In this document: positions 53,101 through 60,077 of the stretch, piece by piece
Layout: every line of letters starts with the position of its first letter
Numbering within the stretch: position 1 is the first letter of the stretch
Source: Eledone cirrhosa
Lineage: Eukaryota
DNA length: 64,000 bases
Assembly: GCA_964016885.1 (NCBI GenBank)
Contig: OZ024764.1
Coordinates: 5,394,001-5,458,000 of the forward strand
Direction: 5' to 3'
Translations under genes and position numbers: made by a program
The notes under the pieces: model-generated
What the model saw: only the letters and a program-made list of their open reading frames with translations
What the model was told of the DNA's origin: nothing
Databases searched by the model: none

Positions 53101-56100
53101 AGATGTACAATAACATGTGGTGGAGGAGGTGAGACAGGAGTTTCTGACAGTAATGTGTACCATATAGGTGGTGTCAGATGTACAATAACTTGTGATGGAG
53201 GAGAGACAGGAGTTTCTGACAGTAATGTGAACCATACAGGTGGTGTCAGATGTACAATAACATGTCGTGGAGGAGGTGAGACAGGAGTTTCTGACAGTAA
53301 TGTCTACCATATAGGTGGTGTCAGATGTACAATAACATGTGGTGAAGGAGGTGAGACAGGAGTTTCTGACAGTAATGTGTACCATATAGGTGGTGTCAGA
53401 TGTACAATAACATGTGGTGGAGGTGAGACAGGAGTTTCTGACAGTAATGTCTACCATATAGGTGGTGTCAGATATACAATAACATGTGGTGGAGGTGAGA
53501 CAGGAGTTTCTGACAGTAATATGTACCATACAGGTGGTGTCAGATGTACAATAACATGTGGTGGAGGTGAGACAGGAGTTTCTGACAGTAATGTGTACCA
53601 TACAGGTGGTGTCAGATGTACAATAACATGTGGTGGAGGTGAGACAGGAGTTTCTGACAGTAATGTCTACCATATAGGTGGTGTCAGATGTACAATAACA
53701 TGTGGTGGAGGAGGTGAGACAGGAGTTTCTGACAGTAATGTGTACCATATAGGTGGTGTCAGATGTACAATAACATGTGGTGGAGGAGGTGAGACAGGAG
53801 TTTCTGACAGTAATGTCTACCATATAGGTGGTGTCAGATGTACAATAACATGTGGTGGAGGTGAGACAGGAGTTTCTGACAGTAATGTCTACCATATAGG
53901 TGGTGTCAGATGTACAATAACATGTGGTGGAGGTGAGACAGGAGTTTCTGACAGTAATGTCTACCATATAGGTGGTGTCAGATGTACAATAACTTGTGGT
54001 GGAGGTGAGACAGGAGTTTCTGACAGTAATGTCTACCATATAGGTGGTGTCAGATGTACAATAACATGTGGTGGAGGTGAGACAGGAGTTTCTGACAGTA
54101 ATGTGTACCATATAGGTGGTGTCAGATGTACAATAACATGTGGTGGAGGTGAGACAGGAGTTTATGACAGTAATGTCTACCATATAGGTGGTGTCAGATG
54201 TACAATAACATGTGGTGGAGGTGAGACAGGAGTTTCTGACAGTAATGTCTACCATATAGGTGGTGTCAGATGTACAATAACATGTGGTGGAGGTGAGACA
54301 GGAGTTTCTGACAGTAATGTCTACCATATAGGTGGTGTCAGATGTACAATAACATGTGGTGGAGGTGAGACAGGAGTTTATGACAGTAATGTCTACCATA
54401 TAGGTGGTGTCAGATGTACAATAACTTGTGGTGGAGGTGGTGAGACAGGAGTTTCTGACAGTAATGTCTACCATATAGGTGGTGCCAGTGGTGGAGGGGA
54501 GACAGGAGTTTCTGACAGTAATGTGTACCATATAGGTGGTGCCAGCGGTGGAGGGGAGACAGGAGTTTCTGACAGTAATGTGTACCATATAGGTGGTGTC
54601 AGATGTACAATAACATGTGATGGAAGGGAGACAGGAGTTTCTGACAGTAATGTGTACCATACAGGTGGTGTCAGATGTACAATAATATGTGGTGGAGGAG
54701 GTGAGACAGGAGTTTCTGACAGTAATGTGTACCATATAGGTGGTGTCAGATGTACAATAACATGTGGTGGAGGGGAGACAGGAGTTTCTGACAGTAATGT
54801 CTACCATATAGGTGGTGCCAGATGTACAATAGCATGTGGTGGAGGTGAGACAGGAGTTTCTGACAGTAATGTCTACCATATAGGTGGTGCCAGATGTACA
54901 ATAGCATGTGGTGGAGGTGAGACAGGAGTTTCTGACAGTAATGTCTACCATATAGGTGGTGCCAGATGTACAATAGCATGTGGTGGAGGTGAGTCAGGAG
55001 TTTCTGACAGTAATGTCTACCATATAGGTGGTGCCAGATGTACAATAGCATGTGGTGGAGGTGAGTCAGGAGTTTCTGACAGTAATGTCTACCATATAGG
55101 TGGTGTCAGATGTACAATAACATGTGGTGGAGGTGAGACAGGAGTTTCTGACAGTAATGTGTACCATATAGGTGGTGTCAGATGTACAATAACATGTGGT
55201 GGAGGAGGTGAGACAGGAGTTTCTGACAGTAATGTCTACCATATAGGTGGTGTCAGATGTACAATAACATGTGGTGGAGGTGAGACAGGAGTTTCTGACA
55301 GTAATGTGTACCATATAGGTGGTGTCAGATGTACAATAACATGTGGTGGAGGTGAGACAGGAGTTTCTGACAGTAATGTGTACCATATAGGTGGTGTCAG
55401 ATGTACAATAACATGTGGTGGAGGTGAGACAGGAGTTTCTGACAGTAATGTGTACCATATAGGTGGTGTCAGATGTACAATAACATGTGGTGGAGGAGGT
55501 GAGACAGGAGTTTCTGACAGTAATGTGTACCATATAGGTGGTGCCAGATGTACAATAGCATGTGGTGGAGGTGAGTCAGGAGTTTCTGACAGTAATGTCT
55601 ACCATATAGGTGGTGTCAGATGTACAATAACATGTGGTGGAGGTGAGACAGGAGTTTCTGACAGTAATGTGTACCATATAGGTGGTGTCAGATGTACAAT
55701 AACATGTGGTGGAGGTGAGACAGGAGTTTCTGACAGTAATGTGTACCATATAGGTGGTGTCAGATGTACAATAACATGTGGTGGAGGTGAGACAGGAGTT
55801 TATGACAGTAATGTCTACCATATAGGTGGTGTCAGATGTACAATAACTTGTGGTGGAGGTGGTGAGACAGGAGTTTCTGACAGTAATGTCTACCATATAG
55901 GTGGTGCCAGTGGTGGAGGAGGAGAGACAGGAGTTTCTGACAGTAATGTGTACCATATAGGTGGTGCCAGTGGTGGAGGAGGGGAGACAGGAGTTTCTGA
56001 CAGTAATGTCTACCATATAGGTGGTGCCAGTGGTGGAGGGGAGACAGGAGTTTCTGACAGTAATGTGCACCAAAGTTGCCTTGGTGTAAATGTAATAAGG

Positions 56101-59100
56101 TAAAACCTGAAGTTTGTTCTAATTAACATCATTTTCAATCTGCACCCCTGAAATATTGAAATTGTTCCCCTGTAGGGTGTGCACTACATCTTGGGAATCA
56201 CTGCGTTACTCTTTATATTAATTATCTTGTATATTTGTAATTCTCTTTATATTTCAGGTATATCTCACCGACAGTTTTCACCTGAATGTCTTCACTGTGG
56301 CTTTACGATACACAAAACTCTGGATATTGACCAAGTTTCATAGAAGAAGGTGAATTATTCCTTTAACATTTAAACTAGCCACATCTGGCCAGAATTCTCT
56401 CATCTCTTTCTGTTCAAACCAGTTGTAACTGGCCACTCATAATTATGTTAAGGTATTGTTCTCAAAATATATAATATCAAAATCTCATAGATTCGATATT
56501 AGGTGAGATATTATGTGACGCAAAGCCTTTACTGTGACAATACAATAGTATATATAGAGTAATGTAAATGTTATGTGAGATATTATGTGGGGTAAAGCCT
56601 TTACTGTGAAAATACAATAGTATATATAGAGTAATGTAAATGTTATGTGAGATATTATGTGGGGTAAAGCCTTTACTGTGAAAATACAATAGTATATATA
56701 GAGTAATGTAAATGTTATGTGAGATATTATGTGAGGTAAAGCCTTTACTGTGACAATACAATAGTATATATAGTGTAATGTAAATGTTATGTGAGATATT
56801 ATGTGAGGTAAAGCCTTTACTGTGACAATACAATAGTATATATAGAGTAATGTAAATGTTATGTGAGATATTATGTGAGGTAAAGCCTTTTCTGTGAAAA
56901 TACAATAGTATATATAGAGTAATGTAAATGTTATGTGAGATATTATGTGAGGTAAAGCCTTTTCTGTGAAAATACAATAGTATATATAGAGTAATATAAA
57001 TGTTATGTGAGATATTATGTGAGGTAAAGCCTTTTCTGTGAAAATACAATAGTATATATAGAGTAATGTGAATACTAAAGAGTTAATTGAAGTTTTATTC
57101 ACACAGAGACACATACATATTAAAAGAAACGATGAAGTTTCTTTTACATGTAGTTAGTTTTTTATTGTGTAACTATCTGCTACATGCATTTCATAGAGGA
57201 TTGGCTCGGAGTCCCCCACAGAATAATATCTAACAAGGGGAGAAACAGAAAAGAAGAAATTTGCACATGTTCTATGGATGCAGTTTGAAGTATTGCCAGG
57301 TAGAAGTATTACTAATGCCCTCTTTCTAGTGAGACAACTACAGGAGAGGCATTTAGTTAAGGGTAAACCACTGAACCTAACATTTGTAGATCTAAAGAAA
57401 TACTTTGACAGGGTCCCACTTAGGAAACTTGGTGTAGATGAATGGCTTGTGAGGGTCTGCAGGCCATGTTGAGCTTTTAATATATCAAATGGTTCCGGCT
57501 GCTTACTTTTTTAGAAGCTGTACATTCTGTTTGTACTGGGAGCCTTTTTACCGTGTCTCCTACATGACCACTTTACAATGTGGACTGGGAGCCTTTTTAC
57601 CGTGTCTCCTACATGACCACTTTACAGTGTGGACTGGGAGCCTTTTTACCGTGTCTCCTACATGACCACTTTACAGTGTGGACTGCGAGCCTTTTTACCG
57701 TGTCTCCTACATGACCACGTTTACAGTGTGGACTGGGAGCCTTTTTACCGTTTCTCCTACACTACCACTTTACAGTGTGGACTGGGAGGCTTTTTATTGT
57801 GTCTCCTACACGGCCACCTTACAGTGTGGACTGGGAGCCTTTTTACCCTATCTCCTACACGACCACCTTACAGTGTGGACTGGGAGCCTTTTTACCCTAT
57901 CTCCTACACGGCCACCTTACAGTGTGGACTGGGAGCCTTTTTACCCTATCTCCTACACGACCACCTTACAGTGTGGACTGGGAGCCTTTTTACCCTATCT
58001 CCTACACGACCACCTTACAGTGTGGACTGGGAGGCTTTTTACCCTATCTCCTACACGACCACCTTACAGTGTGGACTGGGAGCCTTTTTACCCTATCTCC
58101 TACACGGCCACCTTACAGTGTGGACTGGGAGCCTTTTTACCCTATCTCCTACACGACCACCTTACAGTGTGGACTGGGAGCTGGTGGAGTACAGATGATT
58201 CTTTACTATCTTGAAGCTCTCGCCAGTGTTTATTTATCCGTTCTCCTATACTACGAGCTGTCTCACCTATGTACACTATAGTCTTATCTCTACATTGTCC
58301 TTCAGTACATCTTATGCTATATACTACATTTCTAGTTTTACAGTTAATATGGGGGCTTAATTTACAGATTATACATTTCTTATCTATACAGGGAGGTCTT
58401 TGAAAAGGGTATGTATTGCTAATAAGTGTTTTTATGGAGGTACCTGGTCTTTCTACTATCTTAATATTGAGTTTATGTTTATCTAGGGCCCTTCTAAATT
58501 TGTAAGTTAATTCACCTATAGGGGTTGTATTGATGAACATTACACTCTGGTATTTATTGCTATCATACCATGAGTTTATTCTATTAACCTTATTCCTAGT
58601 TCTTTCTATTCTATTCCAAAATTTGCTCCTATACAAGGAGCAGGTCCCATTTGTATCATTATTTACCATTTTTTACCATTTGGTTCTGGCTCCTCTATAT
58701 ACTCTGATTTTATCTCTCTGATTGTAACCAGAGAACTTCATACGGTAGATGAAGTGTTGTAAGTGTCTCTTTAGTTCTTTGGGGTTGCACATGCAGGACA
58801 CGTTTCTCATCACCCGTACCAAATCCGCAATCAGTATGTTGATTTTGGTGTGGTCCTAAACAGCTGAGTTTCGGTGGATCAGATATTTGGAAGTCATGGG
58901 TTTGGCATAATGGGAATGGAGTATTTGTTTTTTGTTATTAATGGTTTCTAACCAGAGCTCTGTGTCTAGTACAGGTAATCGATGGTTGGGGTGTTTGCTT
59001 GGGTAGTCTATAGTAACTCTAATACTCTGGTGGATGGAGTTAGCTATTTGCTGGATGCTTTCCATGGTGTTTTTCTCTAATTCCTGACTGTTCTCTAGTA

Positions 59101-59997
59101 GGGGTGTTTTTACTACGATGTTTATATCATCAACGTAGCGGGAGTACATTATCAGGGTTAAGAGGTTGCTGTCTTCTAATTGTTCTTTAAGTTTAAGTCT
59201 ATTGTCCCACCATACCATGAATAGGTTAGCTATGTCACCTGCAATGCTAACACCAATGGCTGCTCCCTCCTCTTGGGCATATGTTTTTCCATTAAATTTG
59301 AACATATGTTCCTTAAGGGTTAATTTTATACTGGCCCCCACTGCATGTGCAATCATTTTCTTTAGTTCATCATAGTTTTCGGGGGTCCATACGGCTCTGG
59401 TCCACCCGTTCCATCTATCTGTGTGGGTTTTCTTGGCCATTGAGGTAATGGTAGGTAGTCTGTCCCTTGCTGGTCTTGTAGGGCACAGGTTGCTAAGGTC
59501 ATATGTATCTAGATAATCATTACTATAAGTAAGTTTAAGTAGGAGTCCCAGCTCACTGGTATCAATCCCACGGAATTCAACATTGCTCTCACTGATAATT
59601 TCTACGCATTTCTTCACAGCAAAATCCACGTCAATGGATGGATATAGGGACACAACATCCATACTACCTATTATACAGTTTGTTAGGTCCCTAGATCGGT
59701 TACTTTCGCTGATTCTGCTGAGGAGGTCCTCCGTGCTGTCACATATATCTGGGGACATTTCAATGATGGGGCATATGATTAGGGAGAGGAAGTAGGAAAG
59801 TCTGATGTACTTAGGCAATTTCATTTCACAGTCTACCAGAAATAATTGTAAGTGATTAAAAATAAAGGAAAACAAGGAAAGTTGTAAAACAGTGAGAAGT
59901 TTGTTCTTTGAGAATAATTCTGTTTACTTCACTATTTTCAGCTCCATTCCAAATGAAATGGCCGTCAATGCATTTTATTATCCAGATAATTCTATCT
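5500..59997 (+). CDS. M13 family (neprilysin/endothelin-converting enzyme-like) type II membrane metallopeptidase, partial, 14 exons in window
   Basis: Manually spliced exons 5500-5532, 19283-19395, 22317-22427, 23963-24046, 35774-35952, 38947-39066, 40100-40162, 43932-44062, 44882-44972, 45403-45516, 46318-46422, 50591-50668, 56258-56349, 59942-59997. All have AG/GT borders and consecutive phases match, giving one stop-free frame with M13 motifs in the expected order: TM helix, ACEDFWKY, LLEE..AKRLYTSC, FDL, C..MY..HF, DWLD..K..A.AK, IGVP, VNAFY. Confidence 0.88.
5872..5985 (+). mobile_element. Meta-domain tRNA SINE fragment
   Basis: B box GAGTTCAAGTCC followed by GCCTTTCATC..GGTCGATAAAATAAAGTACCAG; related copies at 22475, 27838, 43049 and 52258. 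Confidence 0.7.
6765..6830 (+). ncRNA. Type I hammerhead ribozyme motif (mirror copy on - strand at 6583-6648)
   Basis: Stem I TATTTTGT/ATGAAATA; CTGATGA at 6773; stem II GGcATAgCATATT/AATATGaTATCC; GAAA at 6811; palindromic stem III TATATA; NUH = AUA. Confidence 0.72.
7787..10830 (-). mobile_element. CR1-clade LINE with an uninterrupted ORF2
   Basis: ORF2 below; 3'UTR ending ...GAGCACTTTACACAATAATTTCATTATTATT; the same 3' end recurs on + at about 52620-52670. Confidence 0.9.
7893..10652 (-). CDS. CR1-like ORF2: APE endonuclease + reverse transcriptase (919 aa)
   Basis: LNARS, VTETW, VYRPP, DFN, LDL, SDH; YRPVSLTS, LDFAKAF, GVPQGSVLGPLLF, YADD, RDLGI, TRGH. Confidence 0.93.
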   Translation of the reverse strand: MLSLNARSLCNKIHLFDSYVKSINSDFITVTETWAHPLLCDGVFSMTGYSLFRKDRINHGGGVMVYVRSNLSAIPCADLNQSQQEVFFCDIRMTMSTLLLGVVYRPPNYHQDTQLCDIFRAAARKTATYVFIADDFNHPEIEWETFRWLPSANDFLELVLDSSLSQVVTSPTRGDNTLDLLFTTTPETVISVTAEEPLGDSDHAMIIANLSLMGSNKNHNHLQTAHFDWNKADWNCYCTELQRPNWLEFYDSGDVDTVLQNILSSIWTACAASVPHKRKKHPKSAIWETAAVRLARKERRNAEREYKFHKSDINRKRRNRSSNHLKQVTKKAVLQFEQRIATSPDSKVFWKYVHSKQRPHSPVGPLRNPHTSQVTDDAKECAELIAECYAGIFTIEDQSVPSPPPMTPNSITTMEFTPAMLRRQLKNKRNHVSPGLDGVTYLLLKRGGYFLLHQLSRFFQFCLNNSATPEQWKTASVIPLFKKGDRTSPVNYRPVSLTSCIAKLMESCVRETLWNFWSFHSLIRPSQFGFIPNSSCCDQLIEFLEDITRITDGGSWVDVVYLDFAKAFNSVPHKRLMAKLSAMGVKDDLFNWLKSFILSRREVVTVLGQHSSPYEMSSGVPQGSVLGPLLFVAYINDIDANLRNATVLKYADDIKLYLEIKRTDPEHYRSYLQSDLDTMQQWISDWQLKLAVDKCTTMHFGSKNPASTYSLHSTNIKKSSCERDLGITVSSDLRWMRHVSKIVKRAEGVLASLSKTFVSRSPDIYLRLYTVMVRPHLEFASPVWNPYLAQDIDRLETVQRRATKRIPSIRHLSYSERLASLGMDSLKLRRLATELVNTHKIVNHVANNNPEFLFDFHVSNTRGHAHKVRKQHSSHDFRKHFFTLIVAEAWKKLPASVVSCRDTASFKASMLPEIRQQNS
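12845..16230 (+). mobile_element. RTE LINE (12845-14243, resuming 16091-16230) with a second RTE nested in its 3'UTR
   Basis: RT remnants; the 3'UTR breaks at GGGCATCCA (14243) and resumes as TCCAGCCGTAGAAAACC after 16090. Confidence 0.85.
14244..16090 (+). mobile_element. Nested RTE LINE (same family as 47250-49970)
   Basis: ORF 14416-15387 with QFGF, FVDLEKAFD, GVHQGSVLSP, YADD; (GAT)n tail. Confidence 0.92.
16540..19097 (+). mobile_element. RTE LINE, degraded
   Basis: TWWWN, NYRDIKL, RT and WYGH-like remnants; 3'UTR with four ~48-bp repeats and a (GAT)n tail. Confidence 0.9.
19283..19395 (+). CDS. M13 gene exon, signal anchor (ALLMAVIIFITIITSILISISGKRSDEHNFENNATNL)
   Basis: aaacag / gtaaaa borders; about 20 hydrophobic residues; phases fit both neighbours. 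Confidence 0.8.
19530..21257 (+). mobile_element. RTE LINE, 5'-truncated
   Basis: NYRGIKLMD, GVHQGSVLSP, LYTDD, WYGHVMRM; (GAT)n tail. Confidence 0.92.
22317..22427 (+). CDS. M13 gene exon (DNQNMACEDFWKYSF...)
   Basis: ttttcag / gtatct borders; matches the M13 PC(D/E)DF(Y/F)xYAC motif. Confidence 0.85.
23323..23888. mobile_element. piggyBac-like MITE with about 6 internal 72-bp repeats
   Basis: TIRs CCCTTTAGCATTTA / TAAATGCTAAAGGG with TTAG/TTAA flanks. Confidence 0.75.
23963..24046 (+). CDS. M13 gene exon (GLLEEPHSIFDIQPVIIAKRLYTSCKNR)
   Basis: ctaacag / gtttgt borders; M13 KAKxLYxSC motif. Confidence 0.87.
24101..24450 (-). repeat. 90-bp tandem repeat (about 4 copies) derived from the LINE C-terminal WLGHVLRK region; inverted relatives at 22735-22985
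   Basis: Units start at 24101, 24191, 24281 and 24371; translate as MRWLGHVLRKDKNNWLRGIEPVANVVKRNG. Confidence 0.85.
24606..24951 (+). mobile_element. RTE 3'UTR fragment
   Basis: Near-identical to 15750-16090; (GAT)n tail. Confidence 0.9.
26323..26667 (+). mobile_element. tRNA-derived CORE-like SINE with RTE-derived 3' tail
   Basis: A box TGGCTTAGTGG, B box GAGTTCAATTC, CCTTGAGCAAGACACTT core, RTE 3'UTR segment and (ATG)n. Confidence 0.85.
28209..30141 (+). pseudogene. Tx1-like ORF1 (gag-like; zinc knuckle CFVCGEATHLQAFC; P/T/K-rich), frameshifted in an A-rich tract near 29540
   Basis: ORFs 28209-29669 and 29509-30141 overlap across A-runs. Confidence 0.8.
30151..33561 (+). pseudogene. Tx1-like ORF2 (APE endonuclease, RT, C-terminal CPRC..H..C finger) with about 3 frameshifts
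   Basis: SLNVCG, SET, AYAP, GDWN, SDH, SPGLDG, FRPITLLN, LDQTKAFD, VRQGCPLS, YADD; frame breaks near the poly-G at ~30630, ~31370 and ~32590. Confidence 0.9.
33894..35712. repeat. 72-bp satellite array (about 24 units) from the piggyBac-like MITE; right TIR near 35702-35712; inverted RTE tail at 35598-35699
   Basis: Unit GTAAAGCCTTTACTGTGAAAATACAATAGTATATATAGAGTAATGTAAATGTTATGTGAGATATTATGTGAG. Confidence 0.95.
35774..35952 (+). CDS. M13 gene exon (GSKLETLISS...KDTSKTGKVYIK)
   Basis: tttcag / gtaagt borders; open frame with compatible phases. Confidence 0.8.
36690..38040 (+). mobile_element. RTE LINE, third subfamily, with a ~79-bp internal tandem duplication (about 37650-37810)
   Basis: FVDLEKAFD, GVHQCSVLSP, LYVDD, WYGHVM twice; (GAT)n tail. 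Confidence 0.9.
38120..38193 (+). ncRNA. Type I hammerhead ribozyme motif
   Basis: CTGACGA at 38128; stem II AAGCTGGAT/ATCTGGTTT; GAAA at 38174; C-CTTCA-G; GUA; imperfect stem I GTTCTGT/ATGAAAT. Confidence 0.6.
38947..39066 (+). CDS. M13 gene exon (LQLIFNVQLPDSY...FYKQVSTK)
   Basis: ttttcag / gtaagc borders; 120 nt, phase 0-0. Confidence 0.75.
39122..39341. mobile_element. piggyBac-like MITE, single-unit form
   Basis: CCCTTTAATG...ATGTTAAAGGG-TTAA; same body as 23323. Confidence 0.75.
40100..40162 (+). CDS. M13 gene exon (RQSDKIPAIYTTDQLRTILSA)
   Basis: cctctttag / gtaagt borders; 63 nt, phase 0-0. Confidence 0.75.
40786..41100 (+). mobile_element. CORE-like tRNA SINE with RTE tail
   Basis: Near-identical to 26323-26667. 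Confidence 0.85.
41177..41517 (-). mobile_element. CORE-like tRNA SINE with RTE tail
   Basis: Reverse complement of the same SINE. Confidence 0.85.
42135..42410. repeat. Minisatellite, about 63-bp unit, about 4 copies
   Basis: Repeated TTACCTTAGGTCAGTATTGTGTGTTTATGTATGGTTGTTGTTGTACCTGTG. Confidence 0.9.
42430..42800 (-). mobile_element. Penelope-like GIY-YIG endonuclease fragment
   Basis: NCKARNVVYSIRC...TYIGETARSIGERLDQHW; homologous to 58190-58420. Confidence 0.85.
43049..43240 (+). mobile_element. Meta-domain tRNA SINE
   Basis: A/B boxes plus GCCTTTCATCCTTACGG..CGATAAAATAAAGTACCAG. Confidence 0.72.
43303..43531. mobile_element. Tc1/mariner-type MITE
   Basis: TIRs CAGGGTGGGTGGAAAG / CTTTCCACCCACTCTG flanked by TA. 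Confidence 0.7.
43932..44062 (+). CDS. M13 gene exon (FDLVTLFEDILN...NIIRETEQK)
   Basis: tttacag / gtaagg borders; corresponds to the M13 FDW...L..T region. Confidence 0.82.
44245..44720 (-). mobile_element. RTE 3' fragment (a + strand relative lies at 43580-43830)
   Basis: LYDACVR, GSETW and YGHVM motifs. Confidence 0.85.
44882..44972 (+). CDS. M13 gene exon (DFLILVFLEIFGNLFSDYP...HFE)
   Basis: tttcag / gtgatt borders; phases fit. Confidence 0.75.
45403..45516 (+). CDS. M13 gene exon (FINSTKETNLCFN...WMYRRKHFDVQQHYM)
   Basis: ccttatcag / gtaaat borders; C....LYV..F-like motif. Confidence 0.82.
46318..46422 (+). CDS. M13 gene exon (ADSIGVYLLEATKEVIEETDWLDNWSKTSALAKLK)
   Basis: atccag / gtaaat borders; matches the WMD..TK..A..K motif. 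Confidence 0.87.
46460..46635. repeat. Tandem triplication of a ~57-bp repeat end
   Basis: TTTACTGGTTTCAGTCATTAGACTACGGCCATGTT x3. Confidence 0.85.
46870..46910 (-). ncRNA. Minimal type I hammerhead ribozyme motif
   Basis: Minus strand reads CTTGT-CTGATGA-tCCTGCAGGt-GAAA-CTCCAGAG-TA-ACAAG: perfect stem I, complete core, GUA site. Confidence 0.8.
46914..46962 (+). ncRNA. Minimal type I hammerhead ribozyme motif
   Basis: CTTAT-CTGATGA-GCCTGCAAGTGTGTAAGT-GAAA-CTCCAGAG-TA-ACAAG. Confidence 0.75.
47250..49970 (-). mobile_element. Young 5'-truncated RTE LINE with an intact 690-aa RT frame (47553-49625)
   Basis: TWWWN, NYRGIKL, QFGF, FVDLEKAFD, GVHQGSVLSP, YADD, FCYLG, WYGHVMRM; (ATG)n tail. Confidence 0.95.
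50020..50330 (+). mobile_element. RTE 3'UTR fragment
   Basis: Matches 13890-14180. Confidence 0.8.
50591..50668 (+). CDS. M13 gene exon (ELGNNINIGVPQPNLIKADLIRGYQN)
   Basis: ttgttcag / gtaagc borders; IG(Y)P motif. Confidence 0.82.
50950..52215 (-). mobile_element. Old RTE-clade LINE of a different family (no finger insertion)
   Basis: GLRINTKKTKV directly followed by VDHFTYL; RLAGHIL, WTPPGSKRRWGCPRITW. Confidence 0.8.
53030..56070. repeat. 72/75-bp satellite (about 42 units, with shorter variants) inside hAT-like termini CAGTGGTTCC (52822) / GGGAATCACTG (ending 56203)
   Basis: Unit GAGACAGGAGTTTCTGACAGTAATGTCTACCATATAGGTGGTGTCAGATGTACAATAACATGTGGTGGAGGT. Confidence 0.95.
56258..56349 (+). 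CDS. M13 gene exon (VYLTDSFHLNVF...KFHRR)
   Basis: atttcag / gtgaat borders; phase 0-2. Confidence 0.78.
56359..57082. mobile_element. piggyBac-like MITE with about 8 internal 72-bp repeats
   Basis: (T)CCTTTAACATTTAAAC...AATACTAAAGAG-TTAA; same body as 23323 and 39122. Confidence 0.75.
57533..58180. repeat. 49-bp minisatellite (about 13 units) derived from the RTE 3'UTR repeat
   Basis: TTACAGTGTGGACTGGGAGCCTTTTTACCCTATCTCCTACACGACCACC; compare 1280-1330 and 3389-3440. Confidence 0.92.
58185..59810 (-). mobile_element. Penelope-like element, RT + GIY-YIG, with two in-frame stops
   Basis: SMDVVSLYPSI, QEEGAAIG, RYVDD, LPVLD, HYAKP; the same frame continues through two stops into NVVYSIRC..YIGETARSIGERINKH. 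Confidence 0.9.
59942..59997 (+). CDS. M13 gene exon (SSIPNEMAVNAFYYPDNSI)
   Basis: ttttcag / gtaagt borders; hallmark VNAFY substrate-binding motif of neprilysins. Confidence 0.9.
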
Positions 59998-60077
59998 GTA
60001 AGTATTTATCTATTTTTTGTTAACATTAAAGAAATTGAATTTGTCTATCTATCTGTCTGTTTATTTATCTATACCCA

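Noticed and set aside
53155-56103. 982-aa and 680-aa repetitive ORFs on both strands
   Set aside because: They arise from a stop-free 72-bp satellite unit in an intron and are open on both strands; no independent evidence of coding.
57533-58180. CRISPR-like periodicity
   Set aside because: No unique spacers, no cas genes, eukaryotic context.
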